From Planctomycetota bacterium (GTDB taxonomy: Bacteria > Planctomycetota > UBA1135 > UBA2386), in assembly GCA_947501605.1 (NCBI GenBank), contig CANMWZ010000004.1, positions 1-64,000 on the forward strand: a DNA stretch of 64,000 nt. Reading direction: 5' to 3'. Under the pieces are notes generated by a model. The model did not search any database. It had not been told where the DNA came from and was given only the letters and a program-made list of their open reading frames with translations. Each line of letters opens with the position of its first letter. The first letter of the stretch is position 1. Both the position numbers and the translations under genes were made by a program. Shown here piece after piece: positions 1 to 9,835 of the stretch.

Positions 1-833
1 GTCTGCCGGGCCTCGCCAAGTCGCTGGTAGTGTCGTCGTTGGCGCAAGCCGTCGGCGGCAAGTTCCATCGCATCCAGTTCACCCCGGACCTGCTGCCAGC
101 CGACCTCGTCGGCACCCACGTCTACAATCCGAAGAGCGGGGAATGGAGCGTCCGAGAAGGACCCGTCTTCGCCAACTTTGTGCTCGCGGATGAGATCAAC
201 CGCGCACCCGCCAAGGTGCAGTCGGCGCTGCTGGAAGCGATGCAGGAGCGGCAGGTGTCGCTCGGCGGCGAAACTCGCAAGCTGCCGAACCCATTCCTGG
301 TGCTGGCAACGCAGAATCCGGTCGAGCAAGAAGGCACCTACTCGCTGCCCGAGGCGCAGGTCGACCGCTTCTTGCTCAAGATCGTGGTCGGTTACCCGAC
401 CAAGGAAGACGAACGCAAGATCATCGACCGCATGGCGGCGTTGACCGCCAAGCACGAGGTGCGTGCCGCGACGACTCCGGAGGCGCTGCTGTCCTGCCGC
501 GCGCTCCTCGACACGATCTACCTCGACGACAAGGTCAAGAACTACATCGTCGACCTCGTCTTCGCGACCCGGAAGCCCGAGGACTTTGGGCTCCCGAAGC
601 TCAAGCCGCTGATCCTCTATGGCGCCTCGCCGCGCGCATCCATCAGCCTCGCCCGAGCATCGCGCGCGCGTGCGTTCCTCCAGGGCCGAGGCTTCGTCAC
701 GCCGCAGGACGTCAAGGCGATCGGCTACCCAGTGCTGCGCCACCGAGTACTGACGACGTACGAGGCCGAGGCCGAGGGCATCAGCAGCGAGGACGTGCTG
801 AAGCAGGTGTTCGACACGGTGCCCGTTCCTTGA
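1..833 (+). CDS. moxR: MoxR-family AAA+ ATPase (5'-truncated by window edge)
   Basis: Frame begins GLPGLAKS (Walker A remnant), then RIQFTPDLLPADLVG, LADEINRAPAKVQSALLEAMQE and ATQNPVEQEGTY.LPEAQ.DRF, all MoxR hallmarks. Confidence 0.95.
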   Translation, partial: LPGLAKSLVVSSLAQAVGGKFHRIQFTPDLLPADLVGTHVYNPKSGEWSVREGPVFANFVLADEINRAPAKVQSALLEAMQERQVSLGGETRKLPNPFLVLATQNPVEQEGTYSLPEAQVDRFLLKIVVGYPTKEDERKIIDRMAALTAKHEVRAATTPEALLSCRALLDTIYLDDKVKNYIVDLVFATRKPEDFGLPKLKPLILYGASPRASISLARASRARAFLQGRGFVTPQDVKAIGYPVLRHRVLTTYEAEAEGISSEDVLKQVFDTVPVP

Positions 834-849
834 TCGAAGCAAGCGTTCG

Positions 850-1779
850 ATGACCGGTCTCTCGGAAGAAGACAAGCGCGAGATGTTGCGGCAGGTGCGC
901 CGCATCGAAGTGCGCACGGATCGCATGGTCACGGACGTGATGGCGGGCGGCTACACGTCGGTGTTCCGCGGTGCGGGCATCGAGTTCGACGAGGTTCGCG
1001 AGTTCGCCCCAGGCGACGAGATCCGCTCGGTCGACTGGAACGTCACTGCGCGCACCGGCAAGCCGTACGTGAAGAAGTTCATGGAGGAGCGCGAGCTCAC
1101 CGTGATGCTCGTGCTCGACGTGTCGGCTTCGACGGTGTTCGGTACGCAGCCGGTGGCGCGGCCCGACGCCGAACGCGCCCGCAGCGTGCGCGAGACGGCA
1201 GCGATCGTCTGCGGTTGCTTTGCATTTGCCGCCGCGCGCAACAACGACAAGGCCGGCATGATCACGTTCACGGATCGCATCGAGCGCTACGTGCCGGCAA
1301 AGAAGGGGCGCCGCCATGTGCTGCGACTGATTCGCGAAGCGTATGCGCAAGAGCACGAGGGCGGCGGCACGGACCTCGGACAAGCGCTCGACTACGCCGG
1401 TCGCATCCAGCGCCGCCGTGCTGTGGTCTTCGTGATCGGGGACTTCTTCGGGCCGGTGCCCGAGCGGCAACTCAAAGTGCTTGCGCGGCGCCACGACGTG
1501 ATCGCAGTTCGCATCCGCGACCCTCACAGCGAGACGTTGCCTGCTGCGGGCCTGTTGCACCTACGCGATCCCGAGACGGGTGTCACGGTCGCGGTCGATA
1601 CCAGCAGCAAGCGCGTGCGCACGGCGATTGCCGCGCGTGTGCAACAGGAGCGCCAGCAACTGCAGGACGTCTGTCGCCGGGCGGGCGTCGACTTGCTCGA
1701 CGTGCCGACGCGCGGCAGCGTGTCTGACCCCATCGTGCGCTTCTTTCGCATGCGCGAGCGGCGCGGGAGTCGACGATGA
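850..1779 (+). CDS. DUF58-family (VWA-like) protein
   Basis: G.G.EFDEVREF.PGDEIR.VDWNVTAR and ERELTVMLVLDVSAS motifs; follows moxR. Confidence 0.92.
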   Translation: MTGLSEEDKREMLRQVRRIEVRTDRMVTDVMAGGYTSVFRGAGIEFDEVREFAPGDEIRSVDWNVTARTGKPYVKKFMEERELTVMLVLDVSASTVFGTQPVARPDAERARSVRETAAIVCGCFAFAAARNNDKAGMITFTDRIERYVPAKKGRRHVLRLIREAYAQEHEGGGTDLGQALDYAGRIQRRRAVVFVIGDFFGPVPERQLKVLARRHDVIAVRIRDPHSETLPAAGLLHLRDPETGVTVAVDTSSKRVRTAIAARVQQERQQLQDVCRRAGVDLLDVPTRGSVSDPIVRFFRMRERRGSRR

Positions 1780-2744
1780 GCGTGCGCGCGGTCGTGTTCG
1801 CACTCGCGTTTCTGGCCGCGTGCGGCGAGCCGCAGCCGTGGGGCGAGTCGATCCCGACCACCCTCGACTTGCGACTCGCCAAGGTCCCGAGCGAGGTGGC
1901 GCTGCTGCAGCCCTTCGATCTGCGCCTCGACCTGTTCTGGCGCCAAGATCTCGAAGTCGAGTTCTCGCCTGAAGTGCCGACTGGCACGATGGGCACCGTC
2001 CGGCTCGAGCCGGAACGCGAACTGGCGCACGGTCGCTGGCGTCGAGCTTGGTTGCACTTGCGGGCGACCGAAGGCCCGAGAGAGCTCGTCATCGCGCCCT
2101 TCCGCGCGCGCAGCAAGGACGGCACTGCGGTCGTCCAGACCGACGAAGTGCGGCTGCAGGTCACTTCGCTACTGGCGGCAGCAAGCGGCGTCCCGGGCGC
2201 GGATCCGGCTGCCGTCGCCGACGATGTGGAGATCCCTGGTCCGCTCCTGGCGCCACCCATGCCGCAGTGGCCTTGGTGGGTTGGTGCGCTTGCCTTGATC
2301 GTGTTGGCTGCTGCCATTCGGTGGTGGCAGCAGCGCCGCTCGAGGCCGCGCCCGGCGATGTCGGTTGCACTCGAGCCGCCGCACCAGAAGGCGCTCCGGG
2401 AGTTGCAGCGATTGCGCGCGCGCCCACGCCGCACCGAGGAGGAGGTTGCCGATTTCTATGTCGCGACCTCACATGTGCTGCGGGTCTATCTGGAAGAACG
2501 CTTCGGCCTGCGCGCGCCGGAGCGCACCACCGAGGAGTTCCTCGCCGAGGTGGAGGCCGGCGGCCCGCTATCCGTTGCGCAGTGCATTGACCTGCGGCGC
2601 TTCTTGCAGCAATGCGACCTCGTCAAGTTCGCCTCGCACGTGCCGCCCGAAGACCAGCATCTGCAGACGCTGTTGGTCGCGGAGTTGCTGGTCGAGGCGA
2701 CCCGCAGCGACCGCGCCGCGACCACGGTCGGAGGTGCCGCGTGA
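1776..2744 (+). CDS. Membrane/lipoprotein of MoxR-Bat operon (DUF4381-like C-terminus)
   Basis: Lipobox-like LAAC, one TM helix, and ALREL..L / LRVYLEERFG..APERTTEEF / DLVKFA motifs; ATGA overlap with upstream gene. Confidence 0.75.
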   Translation: MSVRAVVFALAFLAACGEPQPWGESIPTTLDLRLAKVPSEVALLQPFDLRLDLFWRQDLEVEFSPEVPTGTMGTVRLEPERELAHGRWRRAWLHLRATEGPRELVIAPFRARSKDGTAVVQTDEVRLQVTSLLAAASGVPGADPAAVADDVEIPGPLLAPPMPQWPWWVGALALIVLAAAIRWWQQRRSRPRPAMSVALEPPHQKALRELQRLRARPRRTEEEVADFYVATSHVLRVYLEERFGLRAPERTTEEFLAEVEAGGPLSVAQCIDLRRFLQQCDLVKFASHVPPEDQHLQTLLVAELLVEATRSDRAATTVGGAA

Positions 2745-3724
2745 CCTTCGCATCGATCGAGTTCGACGGCTGGACGCTGCTCGATCCGTGGCTGCTCGTG
2801 ATCGCAGTGCTGTTCGTGCTGGCGGCGATGTGGCGCCAGTGGCAGCCGCGCGCCGCCCTGCCGTCGGCTCAGACCCAGTTGTTCGCGGGTTTGCCCAGGA
2901 CGCTGCGGACGCGGTGCGTGCACCTGCCGCTATGGCTGTCGACGATGGGCGCCATGGCGCTCTCTCTCGCGGTTGCACGCCCCGTGCGTCGCGAGGTCGT
3001 GCCCCAACACGAGCAGGGCATCGACATCGTGTTGACGATCGACATCAGCTCGTCGATGGGCGTCGAAGACACCGACGACAGTAAGCGCCCGCGCCGCATC
3101 GACGCGGCCCGCGAGCGCGCGACCGAGTTCGCGGCCTCGCGCACCAAGGATCGCGTCGCCTTCGTCGCCTTCTCGCGCTACGCCGAGTTGCGTTGCCCGC
3201 CAACTCTCGACGAAGAGGCCCTCGCTGCGTTCTTGAAGTCGACGGATGCCGTGCCGGGCGACTCCGAGCTCGACGGCACAGCCATCGGCGTCGCGATTGC
3301 CAAATCGGTGAAGGTGCTCGAGACCAGCGACGCAAAGTCGCGCGTCGTCGTGTTGTTGTCCGATGGCGAGACCACGGTGCGCACGATCGAAGTCGAGGAG
3401 GCGATCAAACTCGCGGTCGATGCCAAGGTGCGCATCCACACGATCGGACTGGGGCGAGGTCAGCCGTCGCCCTTTGGTTTCCGCCCGCTCGAGTTCTCGG
3501 ACCTGAAAAGTGCGGCGGAGAAGACCGGCGGACGGTTCTTCCAACCGAAGACGGATCGTGACCTGGCGGAGGTTTACGCCGACATCGATCGCCTGGAGAA
3601 GTCGGAGCTCGAAGACCCGCGCTATCGCTACGTCGATGGCTTCGCGTGGCCTTTGGGCATCGGTCTGCTCGCAGTCTTGCTCGCGCTGTTGCTCGAGGTT
3701 TTGTGGATCCGGGGGGCGCCGTGA
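2741..3724 (+). CDS. batA: VWA-domain membrane protein, BatA-like
   Basis: GTG start overlapping upstream stop; GIDIVLTIDISSSM MIDAS motif, GTAIG, LLSDGE, C-terminal TM. Confidence 0.85.
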   Translation: MTFASIEFDGWTLLDPWLLVIAVLFVLAAMWRQWQPRAALPSAQTQLFAGLPRTLRTRCVHLPLWLSTMGAMALSLAVARPVRREVVPQHEQGIDIVLTIDISSSMGVEDTDDSKRPRRIDAARERATEFAASRTKDRVAFVAFSRYAELRCPPTLDEEALAAFLKSTDAVPGDSELDGTAIGVAIAKSVKVLETSDAKSRVVVLLSDGETTVRTIEVEEAIKLAVDAKVRIHTIGLGRGQPSPFGFRPLEFSDLKSAAEKTGGRFFQPKTDRDLAEVYADIDRLEKSELEDPRYRYVDGFAWPLGIGLLAVLLALLLEVLWIRGAP

Positions 3725-4710
3725 GCGGACTCGAGTTCGGACGGGCGCAGCTGTGGCCCTTTTTGTTGTGCCTGCCGGTCTTGCTGGCCGTGCTCTGGGG
3801 CATGCTGTCGCGGCGGGCACGGGCGGGTCTGCTCTACGGTGCGTCCTCGCGCGATGTCCTACCGACGCCGCTCGGGCGCGCGCTGCGGCTCACGCTCCTG
3901 GCGGGGCTCGGTCTCTGCTGCTGGCTCGATCCGCGACTAGGCGACGAAAGCGTGCCGATCGAGCGCCGCGGCCTCGACCTGATCTTCTGCCTCGACACGT
4001 CGCGCTCGATGCTCGCGAGCGACGTTGACCCCGATCGCCTCACGCGCGCGCGCAACGATGTCAAGGCGGTGTTGCCTGAGCTGGCCGGCGGCGATCGCGT
4101 TGCGCTCGTCGTGTTTGCGGGCCAAGCCCGGCTGTGGGTGCCGCTGACGCACGACCTGCCGTCCTTCGGGCAGTTGCTCGACGAAGTCGACACGACGCTG
4201 GTCCCGGTTGGCGGCACCGATCTGGCCGCGGCACTGCGCCGGGCCAAAGAACTCAGTCAGCCCGACGAGTCGTCGACCACAGCCGTCGTGCTGCTGACCG
4301 ACGGCGAAGATCTCGGCGGTGCCGGCCTGCAAGCGGCGCGCGAACTGCGCGATCTGAGCATCCGCGTGCACGCGGTCGGCTACGGCTCCATGCTCGGCAG
4401 CAAGATCACGGTCGATGAGCGCGGCAGGCAGTCGTTCTTGCGCGACCGCGGCGGCGACGAGGTCGTGTCGAAACTCGATGAGAAGGGACTGCGTGCCGTG
4501 TGCGAAGCAACCGGCGGCGAGTTCGTGCGCGCAGATTCGATGGCGCTGCCGCTGCGTGAGCTCTACCGCAAGCGCATCCAGCCGATGCAGAAGCGCACGT
4601 TTGAAGCTGGCGAGGAAACGGTCAAGAAGCCGCGCTACCAATGGGTTCTGCTGCCGTTGCTGATGCTGTTGCTCTACGACCTGGTCACGACCCAAGGACG
4701 ACGCCGATGA
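3721..4710 (+). CDS. batB: VWA-domain membrane protein, BatB-like
   Basis: GTG start at 3721; LDTSRSM MIDAS, PDRL.RAR, PLTHD, GGTDL, LLTDGED, VVSKLDE. Confidence 0.85.
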   Translation: MSGLEFGRAQLWPFLLCLPVLLAVLWGMLSRRARAGLLYGASSRDVLPTPLGRALRLTLLAGLGLCCWLDPRLGDESVPIERRGLDLIFCLDTSRSMLASDVDPDRLTRARNDVKAVLPELAGGDRVALVVFAGQARLWVPLTHDLPSFGQLLDEVDTTLVPVGGTDLAAALRRAKELSQPDESSTTAVVLLTDGEDLGGAGLQAARELRDLSIRVHAVGYGSMLGSKITVDERGRQSFLRDRGGDEVVSKLDEKGLRAVCEATGGEFVRADSMALPLRELYRKRIQPMQKRTFEAGEETVKKPRYQWVLLPLLMLLLYDLVTTQGRRR

Positions 4711-5882
4711 GCCTCCTGTCCAGTGTGTTCCTCGTGCTGTGCGCGCAAGATCCGGCTGCGGGGGCCCAGAAGTTCGCCGCGGGGGACTTTGCCGGCGCGA
4801 AGGCCGCGTACGAGCGTTGCGCCAAGGCCTCGCCGGAGACAGCCGCGTTCCAGTACGACCTTGCTGTCGCTGCCTTCCGCGCCGGTGATCTCGATGCTGC
4901 CGAGAGCGCAATCGATCGCTATGCGGCGCTGCCGGGCGGTGGGCGCGCCCATCTGCACCACGGCGTGCTCGGCAACATCCGCTACCGGCAAGCCGAAGAG
5001 CTGGCGCGCAAGGCCGCAGGCGATCCAGCGCCGGCAAGCGGTGCCACGTCGGCCGATGGGCCTCCGGCGGATCCCGTTGCCGAACTCGAAGCCGCGGTCG
5101 GAAAGGCCGAGGCGGCGCGCGATGCCTTCCTCCGCGCGGCGGGCGACCCCGATGCCGGTCCGGAAGCCGCGCGCAACACGGAGCGTTCCCTCCGCTTGCG
5201 CGAGCAACTGAAGCAGAAGCTCGAAGACGCCAAGAAGCAGCGCGAGGAACAGCAGAAAGACGACTCGAAGAAGCCGGACGACAAGAACGACAAGAACGAC
5301 AAGAACGACAAGAGCGACAAGAGCGAGAAGGCGGACGAGTCGCAAAAGGACGGCGAGCCCAAGTCGGGCGAGAACCCCAAGCCCGACGACGGGGCGAAGG
5401 AGAAGCCGCAGTCGGAGCAACCGCAGGACCAGAAGTCCGAGGCCGGCAATGAGCCACCCAAGGACGGAGAGGCGCGCCCCGAGCCCAAGCCAGAGGCGGG
5501 CAAAGAGGGCGAACAGAGCCAAGGCGGCGATCCCGGCAAGGAAGGAGCGGAGAAGCCGACTCCGCCGCCGCCGACGAAGCCCGACGACGGCAAGGACCCG
5601 AAGGGCCAGCCAGACGCGGCGGGGAACCAAGCCCCCGAGCAAAAGGACCAGGGCGAGGCAAAGCCCGAGCCCCAGCCCCGTGAGGCAGCACCAGGCGAAG
5701 CCGGTGCTGAGGCTGCCGCCGAGCCGCGCAGCGATGCGCCCGGTGAGCAAGCTCAGGCCACCGCACTATCGCCCGAGCAACGCGCCCGCATGATGGAACA
5801 GTTGAAGGACCTCGACCAGCGCCTGCAGCGGATCCGCGCCGCCGCGCGTACGAGCCGCCGTTCGGTGGAGCGGGACTGGTGA
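4707..5882 (+). CDS. TPR protein with long D/E/K/P/Q-rich linker, BatC-like
   Basis: Signal peptide, TPR-like helices, ARNTE, acidic low-complexity linker, C-terminal ERDW typical of BatC. Confidence 0.8.
   Translation: MSLLSSVFLVLCAQDPAAGAQKFAAGDFAGAKAAYERCAKASPETAAFQYDLAVAAFRAGDLDAAESAIDRYAALPGGGRAHLHHGVLGNIRYRQAEELARKAAGDPAPASGATSADGPPADPVAELEAAVGKAEAARDAFLRAAGDPDAGPEAARNTERSLRLREQLKQKLEDAKKQREEQQKDDSKKPDDKNDKNDKNDKSDKSEKADESQKDGEPKSGENPKPDDGAKEKPQSEQPQDQKSEAGNEPPKDGEARPEPKPEAGKEGEQSQGGDPGKEGAEKPTPPPPTKPDDGKDPKGQPDAAGNQAPEQKDQGEAKPEPQPREAAPGEAGAEAAAEPRSDAPGEQAQATALSPEQRARMMEQLKDLDQRLQRIRAAARTSRRSVERDW
5280..5330 (+). repeat. 9-bp in-frame tandem repeat (GACAAGAAC)x3 + (GACAAGAGC)x2
   Basis: Read directly; encodes DKN DKN DKN DKS DKS in the BatC-like linker. 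Confidence 0.9.
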
Positions 5883-8368
5883 TGCGTCCTGTTGTCCTTG
5901 CGGTGGTCCTTGTCGCCTTTGGCAGCGCGGGCTTGGTGGCGCAGGAACGCTTGCGGGTTCAGGGGCCGACGCCAGCGACCGTGATGCTCGGCAGTTCGTC
6001 GCGCGTCGACCTCGTGATCGAAGGTCGCGGGGGCGAGCCCAAGCAACCGGTCGTCCCCAAGGTGGCCGGCCTCGACATTCGTATTGGCGGGCCGTCGCGG
6101 CAGATGTTCACGTCGATCACCGGTGCGGGCATGGTCGAGCAGGTCACCACCACGTGGCAACTGCAGATCACGCCGCAGCGCGAAGGCACCTTCACCATTC
6201 CGTCGTTCTTGATGCAGACCGGAACGCGCGAACAAGCCGTGCCGGAGATGCAGATCACCGTGGTCAAGGAACTGCGCGGCGGCGAGTTCGGCTACCTCGA
6301 CGTGAAGGTCGAACCAAAGCGCGTCTACGTGCACGAGCCGATTCGAGTGCGGGTCGAGTTCGGCGTCGACAAGGGACTGCGGCCGATGCAGGACGTCGCT
6401 CCCGACCGCACGCGCTACGTCGACTTCGAAGTTCAGGCACCGTGGTTGTCGGCGTTCGAGGGCGCCGAGCCGCTCGAGCAGCCGCCGCCGAGCAAAGACA
6501 ACGTGCCCATCGTGCTCAATCGGTCGCTGCAGAACAGCCAGTACGACAGCAATCACCAGCGCGCCGGCAAGACCTACAACTCCTTCGTGTTCGACAAGAG
6601 CTTCCTGCCGACGCGGGCCGGCAAGTTCCTGCTCGATGCGCCGATGCTGCGCTACCACGTGCAGCTCTCCGAAGGGCGCGTGGGCATTTTCGGCGAGCGT
6701 GTGGGCGCCCAATCGCAGAACTACTACGTCTACGGCACAGCCCTCGAGCTCGAAGTGCTGCCGATCCCCGAGAAGGGCCGTCCACAGCCTTACTACGGCG
6801 CCGTGGGGCGATTTGAACTCGAGGCCGGACTCGACAAGGACACCGTCAAGGTGGGCAGTTCCGTCAAGCTGACGCTGCGGATCACCGGCACCGGCAACTT
6901 CGAGTTCTTGCGTCTGCCGGACCTCTCGGTGCTGGAAAAACAAGGGCTGCACCTGCTCGGTCAGACCGAGCAACGCAAGAACGACGAGGTCCGCGTCACC
7001 TACGACCTCACGCCGCTGTCCGCAACGGTGACGGAGGTGCCCAAGATCTCTTGGAACTTCTTCGACACCACGCCGGGCATCGAGGCGTTCGTCGTGCGCG
7101 AGACCGGAGTCGTGCCGCTCCGCGTCGAAGCGCTGGCTGAGGGCGAGACCCTCGCGCCGTTGGCGGCGGCCGCCAAGAAGAACGTGACTCCGGGTGTCGA
7201 CGACATCTTTGACCTGCCGTCGCTCGACGGTCCACCTCGCCCGCATGCGGACGTTGCGAGGGCCTGGTCGCTGTTGGCAGCATTCGGTCCGTGGCTCGTG
7301 CTGATGTCGATCGCGTTCGTGCGCACCTTGCGTCGGCGGCGCACCCAGGACCCGGGCTCGATGCGAGCGCAGCGAGCGCTGCGGACCTGCCGGCGGGCTC
7401 TCCGTGACGGGCTCGACCCAGCCGCCGCGTTTGCCGGCTACCTTGCCGATCGCCTCGACGTGCCTGCGGCGGCTGTGATCGGACCGGATCTCGTTCAGCA
7501 GCTGGTGGACGGCGGCCTCGACGAGGATCTTGCACGCGAATGCGCAACGGCGCTCGAGCGCGGCACGGCCGCGCGCTACGGCGGCGGCGCCGGGCTCGAC
7601 GCCGCGTCGGTGCAGATGCTCACGGACCGCATCGAGCCGAGTGGTTTGCGGCGTGCGAGCGCTGCCCGCGGGCTGTTGCTAGTGCTCCTGCTGCTCGCTG
7701 GCAGCGCGGTTGCGAAGGCACAGAGCAGTGCCGGTCACGACGCCTTCCGTTGCGGCGACTATGCCGCGGCGGCGACGGCCTTCACCGCGGCTACCGAGCA
7801 GCAGGATGACAGGCGACTGTGGTTTGCGCGCGGCAATTGCTACTACCGGCTCGGCGATCTGCCGCGTGCCATCTGGGCCTGGGAGTGCGCGCGACTCGGT
7901 ATGCCACGCGACGCCGAGTTGTTGGCCAACCTCGCGCTCGCGCGCAAGACACTCGGACTGGAAGACGTCGGCGAACCGTTTGCGGCGGCGGTGGCATCGT
8001 TGCGCGATCGCTTCACGCCCCGTGAACTCACTTGGATGTGTGCACTGGCCATGGCGGCGGCCGCAGTCTTGCTGGGTGCGATGCGCCGCAGCTCGGTCGC
8101 CCGCTGGGTCGGCGTGTTGGCGCTTGCGCCAGGGGTCCTGCTTGCGGTCGAGTTGTTGTGGCTAGAAGCGTCGCGCCCGCCGCGTGCAATCGCGACGACG
8201 GAGCTGGCTCTGAGGGCCGAGCCACGCGAAGGGCTTGCTGCCGTCGCCACGGTCTCTCCCGGGGCCATGGTCGCCGTGCGCAGCGGCAGCAGCGGCGACT
8301 GGGTGCGGGTCGATGCCGGCGACCGCAGCGGCTACGCGCGCAGTCGCGACGTTGCGATCGTGCGGTGA
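5879..8368 (+). CDS. BatD-like protein fused to BatE-like TPR+SH3 module
   Basis: Signal peptide, BatD-type beta domains (EVLPIP..GRP..Y.GAVG.F, LTLRITGTGN), TM, then TPR (RGNCYYRLGDL..AIWAWE, ANL), TMs and a C-terminal SH3-like DWVRV...RSGY. Confidence 0.8.
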   Translation: MMRPVVLAVVLVAFGSAGLVAQERLRVQGPTPATVMLGSSSRVDLVIEGRGGEPKQPVVPKVAGLDIRIGGPSRQMFTSITGAGMVEQVTTTWQLQITPQREGTFTIPSFLMQTGTREQAVPEMQITVVKELRGGEFGYLDVKVEPKRVYVHEPIRVRVEFGVDKGLRPMQDVAPDRTRYVDFEVQAPWLSAFEGAEPLEQPPPSKDNVPIVLNRSLQNSQYDSNHQRAGKTYNSFVFDKSFLPTRAGKFLLDAPMLRYHVQLSEGRVGIFGERVGAQSQNYYVYGTALELEVLPIPEKGRPQPYYGAVGRFELEAGLDKDTVKVGSSVKLTLRITGTGNFEFLRLPDLSVLEKQGLHLLGQTEQRKNDEVRVTYDLTPLSATVTEVPKISWNFFDTTPGIEAFVVRETGVVPLRVEALAEGETLAPLAAAAKKNVTPGVDDIFDLPSLDGPPRPHADVARAWSLLAAFGPWLVLMSIAFVRTLRRRRTQDPGSMRAQRALRTCRRALRDGLDPAAAFAGYLADRLDVPAAAVIGPDLVQQLVDGGLDEDLARECATALERGTAARYGGGAGLDAASVQMLTDRIEPSGLRRASAARGLLLVLLLLAGSAVAKAQSSAGHDAFRCGDYAAAATAFTAATEQQDDRRLWFARGNCYYRLGDLPRAIWAWECARLGMPRDAELLANLALARKTLGLEDVGEPFAAAVASLRDRFTPRELTWMCALAMAAAAVLLGAMRRSSVARWVGVLALAPGVLLAVELLWLEASRPPRAIATTELALRAEPREGLAAVATVSPGAMVAVRSGSSGDWVRVDAGDRSGYARSRDVAIVR

Positions 8369-8404
8369 CGCGAGGTCGCCACGAGCGACTCGCTGCTCTG
8401 CCAG

Positions 8405-8620
8405 TCAGCGCATCATCCGCTTTGCCCGCAAACCGATGAGGGTCAGAAGGGCGCCGACGAGCAAGAACATGCCGGCGAGGATCCAGCGCAGCAGCCACTC
8501 GTTGAAGAACAGCAGCAGGCCAAACCCGATCAGGCAGACGCCGGGCACGAGCAACAGGTAAGGAGCCCCCGGAGGTAGCTGCGGCAATCCGGGCATGCCG
8601 CCTTTCATTCGGTATTCCAT
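8405..8620 (-). CDS. Small two-TM membrane protein (71 aa)
   Basis: ATG at 8620 overlaps stop of upstream gene; two hydrophobic helices and basic tail. Confidence 0.65.
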   Translation of the reverse strand: MEYRMKGGMPGLPQLPPGAPYLLLVPGVCLIGFGLLLFFNEWLLRWILAGMFLLVGALLTLIGLRAKRMMR

Positions 8621-9759
8621 CAGCGGAGCGTCTTCGAGTAGATGCGGTAGCGGCGGTAGGGGACGTGCCCGAGTGCTTGCAGCGGGCCGAGCATGTCGTG
8701 GTTGTCCTCGAGGATCCAACTGGCCTCGCAGGCATTGAAGCCGGCCGCGATGCCTTGACTGATGACGGCGTGCATCAGCAGCATCTCGAGGCCTTCTTTG
8801 CGGTGTTCGGGCACGACGCCGAGCGTGATCACGCGGATCATGCGGACCTCTTTCAGCGCGCGCAGGAACTTCCACCATCCGAACGGGAACAATCGACCGT
8901 TGCAGGCGAAGATCGCGCGGTTGACATCGGGCAGTGCCGCGGCGAAGCCGACCGGTGCGCCGTCGATCTCGGCGATGTGCATCAGTTCGGCTCGTGCAAC
9001 TTTCGCGAGGTCCTTTGCTTGTGCGAAGAACTCATCCTGGCTCATCGGCACGAAGCCCCAGTTGCGTTCCCAGATCCGGTGGTAGAGGTCCCACAAGATC
9101 TGCATCTCCTTGCCGAAGTTCTTCAGGTCCATGCGGCGCAGCACCGCACGACTCTTCTGTCGGAGGCGCGAGACCACACGGTCGACGCGGCTGAGGTCGA
9201 GGCTCTCGCTGGTTGCTCGCAGCGCCAGGAGGTCCTTGGCCTTCTGCATGTCGTTCGCCGCGATCCAGTCCGCGTAGTGCTTTGGGTTGTGCGGCATCAT
9301 CAGCACCGGAGTGCCTGGTTCGCCGTCAATGAGCAGGCCGCAACGGTAGTTGGTCGACAAGTCGACTGGGCCGCGGAAGCTGTCGGCGCCGTGGTCCCGA
9401 CACCACTGCTCGGCGTGCTGCAGCAGTGCCTTCGCAACGTCACCATCGGTGGCTTCGAAGTGACCGAAGAAGCCCACGCGGTCGCCGTGGAACTCGTCGT
9501 GCAGACGGTCGCGCGCGGCGCTGATGCGGCCGACCTCGCGGCCGCCGCGCATCGCCACGAAGAACCCAGCCTCGCCGTGCGCGAACCATGGGTTCTTCTG
9601 GCGGTGGATCTGCCACAGTTCGCCCGCAGCCAGCGGCGGCACGTAGTGCGGGTCGCCGCGGTAGAACGAGCGTTGGAGTTCGAGGAACCGCCTTGGGTTC
9701 TCGATCGGGCGGATGGTCACGGCCGCCGCTTTGGCCGAGGCTTTCTCGAAGGAGGTCAT
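8620..9759 (-). CDS. YghO-like tandem GNAT N-acetyltransferase family protein
   Basis: DPHYVPPL, KNPWF, VGRISA, GFFGHFE, MMPHNP.HY, NWGFVP, NGRLFPFG, EASWILEDN, RYRIY; start placed at MTSFEK. Confidence 0.8.
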   Translation of the reverse strand: MTSFEKASAKAAAVTIRPIENPRRFLELQRSFYRGDPHYVPPLAAGELWQIHRQKNPWFAHGEAGFFVAMRGGREVGRISAARDRLHDEFHGDRVGFFGHFEATDGDVAKALLQHAEQWCRDHGADSFRGPVDLSTNYRCGLLIDGEPGTPVLMMPHNPKHYADWIAANDMQKAKDLLALRATSESLDLSRVDRVVSRLRQKSRAVLRRMDLKNFGKEMQILWDLYHRIWERNWGFVPMSQDEFFAQAKDLAKVARAELMHIAEIDGAPVGFAAALPDVNRAIFACNGRLFPFGWWKFLRALKEVRMIRVITLGVVPEHRKEGLEMLLMHAVISQGIAAGFNACEASWILEDNHDMLGPLQALGHVPYRRYRIYSKTLR

Positions 9760-9835
9760 CCGGATAAGACGGCCATCCTCGCCGCTTCTGGCGCCGCTGC
9801 AATGATGCAGTCGCGCTGGGATCGAACTCGCACCG

